From assembly GCA_963669175.1 (NCBI GenBank), contig OY769902.1, positions 2,848,001-2,912,000 of the forward strand: DNA of 64,000 nucleotides. Reading direction: 5' to 3'. Numbering within the stretch: position 1 is the first letter of the stretch; every line of letters starts with the position of its first letter. The notes under the pieces were generated by a model. That model saw only the letters and a list, made by a program, of their open reading frames with translations, was not told the DNA's origin and did not search any database. Made by a program: the position numbers and the translations under genes. This document shows positions 51,124-61,384 of this stretch, one piece after another. The DNA is from a bacterium (GTDB lineage Bacteria > Electryoneota > Electryoneia > Electryoneales > Electryoneaceae).

Positions 51124-51316
51124 TAGATAGCTATTCACACAAGAAAACCGTTATTTTATGATGCAATGACAGGTTCACAGTCTAAAGGAAATGGGATAAG
51201 GGAATTGCCTCAACCAGGCAAAACCAAAATGCCTTCCCCGACCGGGGATCTCGACCCGTTCTATGACGATCTTTAAAGAAGCGGGATGGTGCCATAACAG
51301 CGCAGGAGGGATAAGA

Positions 51317-51781
51317 GTGATTCGAGTAGCTATCGTCTACGATCACCTGGTGGTCCAGGAAGGACTACGCAAGATTATTGATGATAGCGAGGATATGAGC
51401 GCTGTCCTCGTGGCCGATACCTACCGTGAACTGCTGTCCTATATGAAGATGAATCCTGTTGATGTTGCCCTGATCAACGAGATGGATGCCGATTTCCCCG
51501 TCTTCTATTTCTTCAAGAAACTGATGGATATCCCCAACCTGTGCCGGATTATTGTTTTCGCGCAACGGGATGAAATTCAGAGTCATGGGGACGAAGATGT
51601 ATATGGCGTCTATAAGAAAAAAATGGGATTGGACTGGGAAGAACGTATCCTTGAATGGGAAGAGAAAGAAGCGGATATGCTTGACGCCGGTGCGGATGCC
51701 CTGTTTGAATTGTCCGAACCTGATCCCGATACCCTGCTGGCCCTGATCCGGAATGTGGTAATCCGACCGTATGATGCCTGA
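51317..51781 (+). CDS. Atypical stand-alone receiver-domain protein
   Basis: MIRVAIVYDHLVVQEGLRKII NarL-like start; AGADA; AGGAGG RBS before GTG. Confidence 0.7.
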   Translation: MIRVAIVYDHLVVQEGLRKIIDDSEDMSAVLVADTYRELLSYMKMNPVDVALINEMDADFPVFYFFKKLMDIPNLCRIIVFAQRDEIQSHGDEDVYGVYKKKMGLDWEERILEWEEKEADMLDAGADALFELSEPDPDTLLALIRNVVIRPYDA

Positions 51782-51840
51782 CCTTTCTCCGTGTTTTTCA
51801 TTTCGACCTGGTTTCCAGGATTACGTGATGGTCGGATTCG

Positions 51841-52085
51841 GCGAAAAATCGGACTGTTACCTTTTCATGATAGCAGATGCAAAATTGTGAGACACCTGTT
51901 GGTGAAAAGGTAACTGTACCAGATTTCTCGCCTGCTTCAGTACGATGCGTCGAGCGGGAAAATGCTGGGACAGCCACCTTTTCGCAACGTGTTTTTCCTG
52001 AAGTTCGTATTGAGCGCACAATTCAAGCGTGCTCAACAATCATCGCCACTCAAGCAAGCGAAAAGAGTGGCAGTCCCCATTTCCC
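51841..52085. repeat. Family-A-related 4-unit REP cluster
   Basis: Units GGACTGTTACCTTTTC, GAAAAGGTAACTGTACC, GGGACAGCCACCTTTTC, AAAAGAGTGGCAGTCCC. Confidence 0.8.
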
Positions 52086-52167
52086 ATCAGCAAAACTATT
52101 CTTCAATCTATTGAGACATGTCAATTGATCCACCAGTGGAGCATAGCAGGTGCAATGCTCCACCAGA

Positions 52168-54405
52168 CTACCGCAACAGCACCATCTTTTTCACTACAGA
52201 CATTTCGCCCGTATCCGCCTTCAGGAAATACACCCCGGAAGCCAGTTGATCCGCTTGAAAAACAGTGCTGAAGGTTCCTGCATTGGCCTGTCCGTCAAAC
52301 ACTGTTGCCGTTTCCTGCCCCAGGATGTTGTATACCTTGATCGACAGGTAAGCCGAAGAAGGCAATTCAAGGACAACCTCTGAGGTCGAATTAACCGGGT
52401 TGGGGAAGAGGAACATGGATAGCTGAACAGGCAGGGATTCTGTGTTGATTTCCTGAGTACCCAGCACCTGGGAGCCGTCCAGACGAATGATATCGTGGGG
52501 GCGTGCTGCGATAATGTCTGAACCATCACGGATCCAGCTCCGGATGGGATCAATGGGATCGTATTGTTTAATATAATAACCGATCTCTGTGGGCTGTTCA
52601 GGGATGGATATGTCATAAAAGTAATAGCAGTAATTATGTCGAAGGAAAAGCCTGTCCTCGATAATAGACAAGTTACCGGAACTGCGAGGCACATTTACGG
52701 AGTCTATGGACTGCAATTCGTTATTAGCTGTCAGACGATTGATGATAAAATTGTTTCCTTTATGAATATAAAAGATCGAGTCTTTATTAGCTACGTTATT
52801 AATGTTGTCTCCAGACAACGCCAATCTATCAAGTTCCCGATATGTATTGTCAGTTAAATAATATCGATATAAGCTGTCATTATTTGTGGTGAATATAGTA
52901 TTATTTTCAATGCCGCAGAAAACCCCATCTATAGTATAACTGTCATCTATTAGTTGCATAGAATCTAAATTAAATAGATTTAATGCATATGTAATATATA
53001 TATAATTGTTTGAACCATATCTTGTTTGTACTATAAAATAATTATCATCGTCGTCTATTTTGTAAATGTCACCTGGACAAGTTAAAGAATCATCAAGAAT
53101 AACAGAGTGATTATTGTCAATATAATAATGATATAGAGTATAGTAATCTTCATTAGTATGAATAATAGTTATGATATGATTAAGATAAGTGTGAATAAAA
53201 TATATGTATTTTGTCATGACTGTATCTATTGGGGTAATAGAATTGAAATCATTTTCAATAGAAGCAAGAACAAAAGCGCGATTAGTATTGACATTATTGC
53301 CAACCAAAGTATTATATATAGTATAAAGGTTGTCGTTAATATTCATTAGCTCTATGAAATCATGTGCGAAAGAGGTGCGATTTATTGATACGGGATAGTC
53401 TATGTTGTTGTTGAATAGTTGAATATCTACGGATTGATCCACATCTAAGCCAAGAATATGTTGATCGACAATTTTTACTTTGCTCAGGTTATAGGCAGTT
53501 GAGCAGACTGTTACAGGATTAAAAATATCAAGCATATCAATTTGAGTGTAATAATCACCAAAGCAATGTAATATGGAACCATTTAGAGTGAATTCTGAAA
53601 AATCAAAATTTGGAATTTCAGCGGTAGTATATATCGTATCTTCTTCAGTATTTTCATAAATGCATAGCCGATCATTATAATAATACTTAATGTAAAATAG
53701 TGAGTCTGTTGCTATAAAACCTTCAAGATAACAAGGCCAGGCTAATGTGTCAGGCACTGTTAGATAGTGTTGGAATACCAATGAATCATTATCCCATTTG
53801 TATAGATATTGATAATAATTTGTTTGTCTGTCTTCATGAGTAAAAAAGAGAACATAATCTTGCGAGGGAAGCAAGCCAAGCACACAATCTGTATTATCAA
53901 AAGAATCAAGCCTGGAGACGATTTCAGGATCAGCAGGATAAGAGATGTCGAAAACATATCCATGGTGTGACGTGCAAGTATATAGATAGTTATCCTGTAT
54001 GTAAAGCAACTTCAGGCTATCGAATGTGGCTTCTGAAACAAATCGTGGATTAAGTGGGTCCACGATTGACAATACTGTAAATGTGTGAGGCCGGTAATAA
54101 TCATTCAGATACAGGAACAGGTAATCACCCTCGATTTGAGCAAAAGTTGCGTTCAAGGACTCTGAAAGCCAGGTGATCCCATTGGGATAGGTCGGATTGG
54201 TCAAGTCAACATGATACAGGCCGCAATCCTGTGTAGTGACAAACAGGTCATTTCCACGCATGGCCATGTCCGACACAGTCCCCCAACTTGGCAGATAAGA
54301 ATCGACGATAGACATGTTCATCATGTCTTGCGCGCAAAGGTGTTGGAGGGGAAGCAAGGACAGCAGGAGGAGTATCCCCGTAACAGGCACGTATCGTAAG
54401 CGCAT
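52168..54405 (-). CDS. Secreted LVIVD-like repeat protein with T9SS sorting domain
   Basis: Signal peptide MRLRYVP...AQD; D(I/L)S.P..P repeats; FPNPVN...LASGVYFL; start moved downstream of the repeat-derived extension. Confidence 0.85.
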   Translation of the reverse strand: MRLRYVPVTGILLLLSLLPLQHLCAQDMMNMSIVDSYLPSWGTVSDMAMRGNDLFVTTQDCGLYHVDLTNPTYPNGITWLSESLNATFAQIEGDYLFLYLNDYYRPHTFTVLSIVDPLNPRFVSEATFDSLKLLYIQDNYLYTCTSHHGYVFDISYPADPEIVSRLDSFDNTDCVLGLLPSQDYVLFFTHEDRQTNYYQYLYKWDNDSLVFQHYLTVPDTLAWPCYLEGFIATDSLFYIKYYYNDRLCIYENTEEDTIYTTAEIPNFDFSEFTLNGSILHCFGDYYTQIDMLDIFNPVTVCSTAYNLSKVKIVDQHILGLDVDQSVDIQLFNNNIDYPVSINRTSFAHDFIELMNINDNLYTIYNTLVGNNVNTNRAFVLASIENDFNSITPIDTVMTKYIYFIHTYLNHIITIIHTNEDYYTLYHYYIDNNHSVILDDSLTCPGDIYKIDDDDNYFIVQTRYGSNNYIYITYALNLFNLDSMQLIDDSYTIDGVFCGIENNTIFTTNNDSLYRYYLTDNTYRELDRLALSGDNINNVANKDSIFYIHKGNNFIINRLTANNELQSIDSVNVPRSSGNLSIIEDRLFLRHNYCYYFYDISIPEQPTEIGYYIKQYDPIDPIRSWIRDGSDIIAARPHDIIRLDGSQVLGTQEINTESLPVQLSMFLFPNPVNSTSEVVLELPSSAYLSIKVYNILGQETATVFDGQANAGTFSTVFQADQLASGVYFLKADTGEMSVVKKMVLLR

Positions 54406-54520
54406 GGCATACCTCATGGACGTTATTGCGGGGATGCTGAAAATTACACACTGGGACAGCAAATCACAACGGGTGGATCTCGAATTTGAAAAATGCGCTA
54501 ATGAAACCTTTCCTATAGCA

Positions 54521-55147
54521 GACTGTATCAGAATCACTGAGGCTCTCATCCCAGCGAAAGAGGCTGTCGCAGAATATCCGTTAGTCTCATCCCAGCGAAG
54601 CAAGGTGTCTCAGAATTACTGATGCTCTCATCCCAGCGAAGGCTGGGATCCAGTCATATTGCGATATTACAAGAGGTTAAGTGTTGTCAAGAGACGCGGT
54701 ACATTGAGAGCCGTTCAAGTGTCCAAGTTGTTATTATGTCGATACTTGCCTGGATCCCAGCCTTCGCTGGGATGAGAGTGTTTTCTATTCTGATACAGTC
54801 TGGAAGGCTGGGATCCAGTCATATTGCGATATTACAAGAGGTTAAGTGTTGTCAAGAGACGCGGTACATTGAGAGCCGTTCAAGTGTCCAAGTTGTTATT
54901 ATGTCGATACTTGCCTGGATCCCAGCCTTCGCTGGGATGAGAGTGTTTTCTATTCTGATACAGTCTGGAAGGCTGGAATCCAGTCATACTGCGATATTAC
55001 AAGAGGTTAAGTGTTGTCAAGAGACGCGGTACATTGAGAGCCGTTCAAGTGTCCAAGTTGTTATTATGTAGATACATGCCTGGATCCCAGCCTTCGCTGG
55101 GATGAGAGTGTTCGCTATTCCGATACACACTGCTTCGCTGGGATGAC
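54521..55147. repeat. Repeat family B cluster: ~41-bp subunits then three tandem 165-bp units
   Basis: GAAGGCTGG(G/A)ATCCAG at 54638, 54803 and 54968 with near-identical spacers. Confidence 0.95.
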
Positions 55148-55472
55148 ATCTCGGCGATCACCTCAGTATTTCGCCTGCTGTGGATGCGACAATACTTTCG
55201 ATACTCACTATAAACACCTTCCTTTAGACAGGCGATCAGGAAGAAGTGTTCCTGCATCTGACCTGGGATCTTCATCAAAGCGACAAAACTTTGGCTTTCC
55301 TATCCTTCCGTGAAGTGAAGTTTTATCTTGTTAACATGTTTCTAATTAAGGAAGTAGTTATCATTTCTGGCTTTCACTTGACTTGAAAACGGTCAGATTA
55401 CATTTTTTTAACAATTTCCAAATCCTCTGGCGTGTCTTGATTTCTTGACCTATATTTTTGGCTTCAATGGCC

Positions 55473-55488
55473 TGTGAGCGTGGTCACA
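55473..55488. promoter_or_regulatory. CRP-family-like site
   Basis: TGTGA-GCGTGG-TCACA about 115 bp upstream of the FadL-like gene. Confidence 0.5.
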
Positions 55489-55603
55489 ATCGTGTGGGAG
55501 CGATTGGTTCTGAAAGCTACATCACCGGTCGACAAGCGGCTTCGGTAGACCTTACAAGATGCACAGCATAAAGCGTTTCATTAACGTTAGGGAGGATGTC
55601 TAC

Positions 55604-56986
55604 GTGAAGAAGGCTATCAAGGTGGTATGCATTGCCGCTCTGGCGCTGGTGTTCACGACCGGCGCATTCGCAGGCGGATTCAACCTGGCAGGAGTGGGCG
55701 GTAAAGCGCTTGCCATGTCCGGGTCGTTCCGTGCTATCGCGGATGACTGGAGTGCAATGTACTGGAACCCTGCCGGTCTGGCCGGACAAGGGAGTGGAGC
55801 CTGGTTAGAGATGAAGCTGTTATACCCGATGGCATGGGTAACACCTTCAGATGTAAGTGGAAATGCCACCTATCCCGGGTACGATTTGTACCGTCCGGGT
55901 GTTGAACAGTCCTCGCTGGCACAAGCCTATCCCGACGGCGCGGCGGCTTTCCAGTGGCAGTTCAACGATCGTTTGACCGCGGGTATCTCCGTGTTTGCAC
56001 CGTCCGCATTAGGCGCTGAGTGGGAAAACCTGTATCTCGGTCCGCCTGCCGGATACCGTGAAACAGAAGAATATCCCTCACGTGACTGGTACTCCAGCAT
56101 GATGGTCATTGACATTCACCCGACTGTCGGGTACAAGATCAATGACATGTTCAGCGTGGGTCTCGGCCTGGCGATCAAATATGCGACCATCGAAATGCAG
56201 ACCCCGAAACTGTCCCCGGCGTACAATCCAGCCTCCGGCGACCGTCTGCCTTTCCCGAACCAGAACTTCTTCATTGATGCCCTGCTGGAAGGCAGTGGCA
56301 TGGGCTTTGGTTTTAATGTCGGCGTGCTCGCACACCTGACCGAAAAGCTGCACATGGGCCTTTCCTATACCGGCCCGACCACGATTAACCTGGAAGGCAG
56401 TGTTGATCAGGTCGTCTACCTCTCAACCCTGGCCGGTGGCGGAACCTTGGATGCGAAGCCGGATGCCAGCGCTGATTTCCCGCTACCGATGGACTTTGGT
56501 TTTGGTGTAGCGTATGATATCAGCGAACGGTTGACCGTGGCCGCCGATGTCTGCTGGACCAAGTGGGATGATCTCGATGAAGTGACCATCGAGCTGGAAG
56601 GCTCTGACCCGACCGGCGCCCCGGCGGAAGACACCGAGCTGATCCTGCACTGGGAAAACACCCTGCGTTACAACGTCGGCCTGAACTGGATCGCCATGCC
56701 GGAACGTGGCCTGGAACTGCGTTGCGGTTTCTACTTCGATCCCAGCCCGATCCCGGATGAAACCATGCGTCCGACCATTACCGACGTGGCTGACAAGAGC
56801 AACATCTCCATCGGTTTTGCCTATCCCTTCGGCGAGAACTTCCTGTTTGAAGGCTACTGGGAGCATGTGGTCAGCGGTGAGAAAACAGTCGCAGCCAACG
56901 AAGGCGAAATGTTTATCGACAATGTTCCGGGTGACTGGAACATGCAGGTCGATACCTTCGGCATCCAACTCGGTTACCTGTTCTAA
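55604..56986 (+). CDS. OmpP1/FadL family outer-membrane transporter
   Basis: Signal peptide then GGF..G.G.KALAMSG...ADDWSAMYWNPAGL; terminal YLF; GGAGG RBS before GTG. Confidence 0.92.
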   Translation: MKKAIKVVCIAALALVFTTGAFAGGFNLAGVGGKALAMSGSFRAIADDWSAMYWNPAGLAGQGSGAWLEMKLLYPMAWVTPSDVSGNATYPGYDLYRPGVEQSSLAQAYPDGAAAFQWQFNDRLTAGISVFAPSALGAEWENLYLGPPAGYRETEEYPSRDWYSSMMVIDIHPTVGYKINDMFSVGLGLAIKYATIEMQTPKLSPAYNPASGDRLPFPNQNFFIDALLEGSGMGFGFNVGVLAHLTEKLHMGLSYTGPTTINLEGSVDQVVYLSTLAGGGTLDAKPDASADFPLPMDFGFGVAYDISERLTVAADVCWTKWDDLDEVTIELEGSDPTGAPAEDTELILHWENTLRYNVGLNWIAMPERGLELRCGFYFDPSPIPDETMRPTITDVADKSNISIGFAYPFGENFLFEGYWEHVVSGEKTVAANEGEMFIDNVPGDWNMQVDTFGIQLGYLF

Positions 56987-57000
56987 AGGAGGACACAACG

Positions 57001-58230
57001 ATGCGTAAAGCCATGATTCTTGGTGTACTGCTGGCGGCGTCGCTGCTCCTGGTACTCGGGTGCGGTTCTGAAACCGACCAGCCAACACGTCCGGATTATT
57101 CCGCCGGTACGGTGGTTCAACTGGATGATGCGTTTGCTACTGCCGTAAATGGCGTGGCTTCCTATATCAACGTCTACCTGCCCCCGAACTATGATGCGAA
57201 CCGTGCGGAACCGTACCAGGTTCTGTACCTGTTGCATGGTTTCGGTGGCGACGAGAACTACTTCATCAACTACTTCAACGCACCTTCCATTGCGGACAAA
57301 CTGATCGCTGAGGGTGTGATTGATCCTATGGTTATCGTCATGCCGAACGGTAAAACCCAGCTCGGTGGCAGTTTCTACACAAATTCTACACACCTGTCCG
57401 TTGCAGGCGCTGAAGATCATATCACGCAGCAGGTTGTTGCAGCAGTAGAAGCGAACTACAATGTCGCAACCGGAGCAACCGGACGTGCTATCGGCGGTCA
57501 TTCCATGGGTGGTTATGGTGCGCTCAGCATCGCCATGAACAATCCCGGCCTGTTTGGCGCGGTTGCCGAAATGGCCGGCCCGATCTCTTTCTGGGGAACC
57601 AGGACGGCTGATCCGACCGATATGACCTACAAAGGTGTCGAAGAATTGTTGCCGATGGTGCTGGTTGAGACCGGGTATGACACCATCCTGACCGCTACCG
57701 GTGGCGCTGGTGATGCGACTGCCTGGCGGAACATGATGTATCCGAACTCGGACCGTACCATCACCGCGATGATGTTCGCCATGGCGGCAGCGTTCAGCCC
57801 CTATGATGGCAGCCAGTCCACATCCCTGATAGATTCCATTGTAGCAGGTGTTGATAACAACGGCAATATCGTACGTCAGGCGATGTACCTGAACCTTCCC
57901 ATCGCAGTGGATGGCACGATGGACATGAACACATGGACACGCTGGATGTCACATGACTGCCTGGCTCGTATGCAGACCCAGGGGATCAACATTATGCCGA
58001 CAGCCGTACCGTTGTTCATGGATTGCGGCAACGTGGACGACCTGGGCCTTAACTACGCCCACCAGGTATTCTCCGGTGGCTACCAGCAGGCGTTCAATGT
58101 CGCGCCGTCTCATGACGTGATCTTTGCCGGTGTCAACGATCCCTTTGGTGAGGTCCCGGCAAGTCATTCTGCCCTGGTCTATCAGCGTTTGGAATTGCTG
58201 ATCGAATGGGTGGACCAGCAAATCGATTAA
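57001..58230 (+). CDS. Lipoprotein esterase (alpha/beta hydrolase)
   Basis: Lipobox VLGC; VYLPPNY, YLLHG, GHSMGGYG. Confidence 0.9.
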   Translation: MRKAMILGVLLAASLLLVLGCGSETDQPTRPDYSAGTVVQLDDAFATAVNGVASYINVYLPPNYDANRAEPYQVLYLLHGFGGDENYFINYFNAPSIADKLIAEGVIDPMVIVMPNGKTQLGGSFYTNSTHLSVAGAEDHITQQVVAAVEANYNVATGATGRAIGGHSMGGYGALSIAMNNPGLFGAVAEMAGPISFWGTRTADPTDMTYKGVEELLPMVLVETGYDTILTATGGAGDATAWRNMMYPNSDRTITAMMFAMAAAFSPYDGSQSTSLIDSIVAGVDNNGNIVRQAMYLNLPIAVDGTMDMNTWTRWMSHDCLARMQTQGINIMPTAVPLFMDCGNVDDLGLNYAHQVFSGGYQQAFNVAPSHDVIFAGVNDPFGEVPASHSALVYQRLELLIEWVDQQID

Positions 58231-58258
58231 TGCTGACGATTAGTACCTGAGACAAAAC

Positions 58259-58296
58259 AGGGCTGACTCGTATGAACGGGTCAGCCCTTTATTTAT
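58259..58296 (+). terminator. Terminator, possibly bidirectional
   Basis: AGGGCTGACTCGT/ACGGGTCAGCCCT stem plus T-rich tail between convergent genes. Confidence 0.8.
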
Positions 58297-58327
58297 TCCG
58301 TAAAAAATACAACTACTGAATTCCCGA

Positions 58328-58822
58328 TCAATCCCCTTCCAGATACACCGCCAGGTTGATCAACGCGTTGTCATCCACACCGTCATGATCCGTATCTGCG
58401 TTTCCATCGCCCGTATTATCGATCACAATACGGTAGCGTTCGTCCAGGTCGAGTGGATCATAATAATGGCGTGAATACGAACTGGCAATGTCAAATGTCC
58501 AGGCGCGAATCACTGAGAATGTTTCACCGGCGACGTACCGATCATAGTCATCTTCAATCATCAGAAATACTTCCAGCCCATAATCGCCGGGCCATTCCAG
58601 CAATTCCACATCAAAACGCAAGATGCCCGAACGGGGAAGAATAATCTGGTTTGAAGCCAGGTATTCATTTTCCACCACAGTCTGGTTGGTCACTTCGTAC
58701 AGCAAGGTATCCGGTACAGGTGCAACCGGTGAAGTATCATCATCGTCATCTTTATCGCAACTGACAAATGCCAGCAGGGCAGCAACAGGCAGGATAACCC
58801 ATATCAGGGAACGCTTTCTCAT
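58328..58822 (-). CDS. Hypothetical lipoprotein
   Basis: MRKRS...FVSC followed by an acidic stretch; GAGGAG RBS. Confidence 0.8.
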   Translation of the reverse strand: MRKRSLIWVILPVAALLAFVSCDKDDDDDTSPVAPVPDTLLYEVTNQTVVENEYLASNQIILPRSGILRFDVELLEWPGDYGLEVFLMIEDDYDRYVAGETFSVIRAWTFDIASSYSRHYYDPLDLDERYRIVIDNTGDGNADTDHDGVDDNALINLAVYLEGD

Positions 58823-59079
58823 GCCCAAGTCTCCTCAATGTTTGCATGGTTCCGGCTCGGAAAGCGGGTGAATAATGGCTCGATCCATTTAAACTGAACC
58901 ACTAACTCGCGAATGTGTAACCGTTTTTCCAAACGTATGACGATCCTAACGAAAAGAATGTTACACCTCGCCGAGCCGGGGTGCAAGCGCATTTTCTCTC
59001 CTATATTAATTCCTCCTGTCCTTGCAAAGTAATGAGATAATATGTACATTTGTTTAGTATTTTATCCCACGGGAGATTC

Positions 59080-60018
59080 ATGTACGACACACTCGCCCTT
59101 CAACGCGAACTTCATACCCTCGGCTACAATCCGGGCTTGCCGGACGGTGTAATGGGCCCAAGGACACGTTCGGCGCTGATTGCTTTTCAACGTGATAATG
59201 GGGTGGTCCCGGATGGTATTCCGGGGCAGAAGACGGCCGCAGCGCTTGCACGTGAACTGTGGCGCTATCGCAAACTGTCACGTGAGCAGGTGGTTCAGGC
59301 GCGTCTTCTTCTCCAGACTCGTGGGGATGATCTCGGTATTAGCGGTGTGCAGCTACGGGAGCTGGTGCAGGAACGTGAGTATCCCTGGAGTAATGTCAAT
59401 GGATGGGTGAACCTGGTGGGGTTGCGTGGATTCACTGGGGATCGTGCCAACGGGAACACGTTCGACCGCTACAATGATACCCTCATACTGGCTCTGAATG
59501 AGCCGGGAAAACACGATGAAGATCTTCCGAACATTCGTCTGTACCAGTTCACCGCATCGGTTGATCCCGGCTTGTTGAAGAAGCCGAAACCGGAAGGGGT
59601 AGCGCACCTGCTGCCCGGGCATTACCGATACCGATTGGGATTACATCATCAACGTGAAGAAGCGCTGGTGCAGGCGGCACGAGTGACTATCGCACGTTTC
59701 TTCGATCCTCTGCAACCGCAGCCGGGGCAACAGGCTTCCGAAAGTAAAAACCAGCCACGTTTACCCAAACGTGAAACCGGGTGGTTCGGGATTCATATCC
59801 ACCGGGGCGGTATGGGCCTGAAGGTGGGGGAGTGGTCTGCCGGGTGCCAGGTGATTCAGGGGAACCAGTGGCCGTTGTTCCTGTCCCTGGTCAAGGAAGC
59901 GGGCAATGCAGGCCAGCAGGAATTCGGGTATACGCTGTTGAATGGGGCCGCAGTGCAGCAGGCGAACCTGGAACAATGGGCTACGGCTACACAACAAGGT
60001 ACTTTCGTAAAAGCCTGA
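59080..60018 (+). CDS. Peptidoglycan-binding protein with putative His/Cys (L,D-transpeptidase-like) catalytic domain
   Basis: LQ..L..LGY.PG.PDG.MGPRT..A...FQ; GIHIHRGG...WSAGCQV. Confidence 0.8.
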   Translation: MYDTLALQRELHTLGYNPGLPDGVMGPRTRSALIAFQRDNGVVPDGIPGQKTAAALARELWRYRKLSREQVVQARLLLQTRGDDLGISGVQLRELVQEREYPWSNVNGWVNLVGLRGFTGDRANGNTFDRYNDTLILALNEPGKHDEDLPNIRLYQFTASVDPGLLKKPKPEGVAHLLPGHYRYRLGLHHQREEALVQAARVTIARFFDPLQPQPGQQASESKNQPRLPKRETGWFGIHIHRGGMGLKVGEWSAGCQVIQGNQWPLFLSLVKEAGNAGQQEFGYTLLNGAAVQQANLEQWATATQQGTFVKA

Positions 60019-60032
60019 TCTGAAAGAATGTC

Positions 60033-60330
60033 TCACGCAAAGACGCAAAGGCGCAAAGAAAAGAAAAGAAACTACAAAAAGATATTTTTAAGGGAAAAGA
60101 TAAAGAAAAGATAAATGATAAAAGATACAGAATGAAAACAATAGGTAATACGAATTTGCAGATATGCGACATTACTTTCGAGCATTACTATAAATAAGAA
60201 ATAATAAGAATAGATAAGAAATAATAAGAATGAATGAGAAGTAATAATAATTATTTCTTCGTTTTTGCATTAAAAAATTCTTTTATCTTTTCTTTTAAGG
60301 TTTTCTTTGCGCCTTTGCGTCTTTGCGTGA
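60033..60330. repeat. Perfect 30-bp inverted repeat (CGCAAAG-type) around an AT-rich low-complexity core
   Basis: TCACGCAAAGACGCAAAGGCGCAAAGAAAA at 60033-60062, complement at 60301-60330. Confidence 0.9.
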
Positions 60331-60367
60331 ACCTATTAGTGTACCTCTTTGCGTGAAATGAGGCAAT

Positions 60368-60399
60368 AAAAAAACGGAACCCGACCAGGCTCCGTTTTT
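60368..60399 (-). terminator. Terminator of the aldolase gene
   Basis: AAAAACGGA/TCCGTTTTT stem with flanking A/T runs. Confidence 0.65.
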
Positions 60400-60451
60400 C
60401 GCCGGGGATGCGGCGTGGCACCTTGGGGGTGCCTTAACTGTAAAACCGGAC

Positions 60452-61384
60452 TTACTTTCCGGCGTAAACATCCATGATCTTGCGCAGGAAATCGATCGCG
60501 ACATCCTTCGGGCGTTGGAAGCTGTTCCGACCGATGATCGAACCAAAGCCGCCGCCTTCGTGAATACCACGGATGCTTTCCAGCACACTTTCATCCGTAC
60601 CCTTACCGCCACCGGAGAAGATGACAATACGACGGCCTTCAAACGAGCTGCGAACGACCAGCCCGATCCGTTTGGCCAGGGTGCTGATATCAGTTTTGGT
60701 CTCTTCGATGACCTTCCGGTTCGCATCCTGGGCGATGACATCCGTAGGCGGTTTCACCTTGATGATGTTGGCGCCGAGCTGTGCCGCGATTTGGGCGGCA
60801 TAGCAGGCCACATCAACCGCGGTTTCATGCGTCTTTTCAAGGTCTTCACCACGCGGGTAAGACCAGACGACTGCGACCAGACCGGCAGCCTTGATCTCGG
60901 CGATCAGTTCACGCAGTTCTTCGTACATCGTTTCACGTTCCAGCGAGCCCGGATAGATGGTGAAGCCAACGCCCACGCAGCCAAGACGAAGCGCATCGTC
61001 CACGCTGGCGGTGATTGCCGGGATCGGATCGGGATCTTTGTGCAGAACGTCGTGGTTGTTTGCCTTCAGAATCATCGGAATCTGGCCGGCGAATTTGTTC
61101 GCGGCTTCTTCGATGAAACCAAGCGGCGCGGCATATGCGTTGCACCCGGCGTCAATCGCCAACTGCGGGTGATAATAAGGATCAAAGGTCGGCGGGTTGG
61201 GCAGGTAAGTCCGCAGGGGACCATGTTCAAAGCCCTGGTCCACAGGAAGAATAACCAGTTTACCTGTTCCGGCCAGACGACCGGTCATCAACAGACGATA
61301 GATATTCGTCCGTACGCCAGGATTTTCGTGCCCGTACCAGCTCAGTATCTCTTGTACTCGTTTCGACTGTCCACGTCTTGCCAT
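60452..61384 (-). CDS. fbaB: Class I fructose-bisphosphate aldolase (DhnA type)
   Basis: ILPVDQGFEHGP, WSYPRG, IIKVKPP, GSIIGRNSFQRP; GGAGG RBS. Confidence 0.93.
   Translation of the reverse strand: MARRGQSKRVQEILSWYGHENPGVRTNIYRLLMTGRLAGTGKLVILPVDQGFEHGPLRTYLPNPPTFDPYYHPQLAIDAGCNAYAAPLGFIEEAANKFAGQIPMILKANNHDVLHKDPDPIPAITASVDDALRLGCVGVGFTIYPGSLERETMYEELRELIAEIKAAGLVAVVWSYPRGEDLEKTHETAVDVACYAAQIAAQLGANIIKVKPPTDVIAQDANRKVIEETKTDISTLAKRIGLVVRSSFEGRRIVIFSGGGKGTDESVLESIRGIHEGGGFGSIIGRNSFQRPKDVAIDFLRKIMDVYAGK

Noticed and set aside
54406-54603. N-terminal extension of the 811-aa ORF
   Set aside because: It runs into repeat B; the signal peptide and RBS place the start at 54405.
54622-55132. CRISPR array or 149-aa repeat protein
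   Set aside because: Spacers are near-identical, the period is 165 bp, repeats are inverted pairs and no cas genes are present; the ORF is a by-product of the tandem repeat.
55531-55541. GACAAGCGGCT shared between the FadL and aminotransferase leaders
   Set aside because: An 11-mer match is expected by chance in 64 kb.
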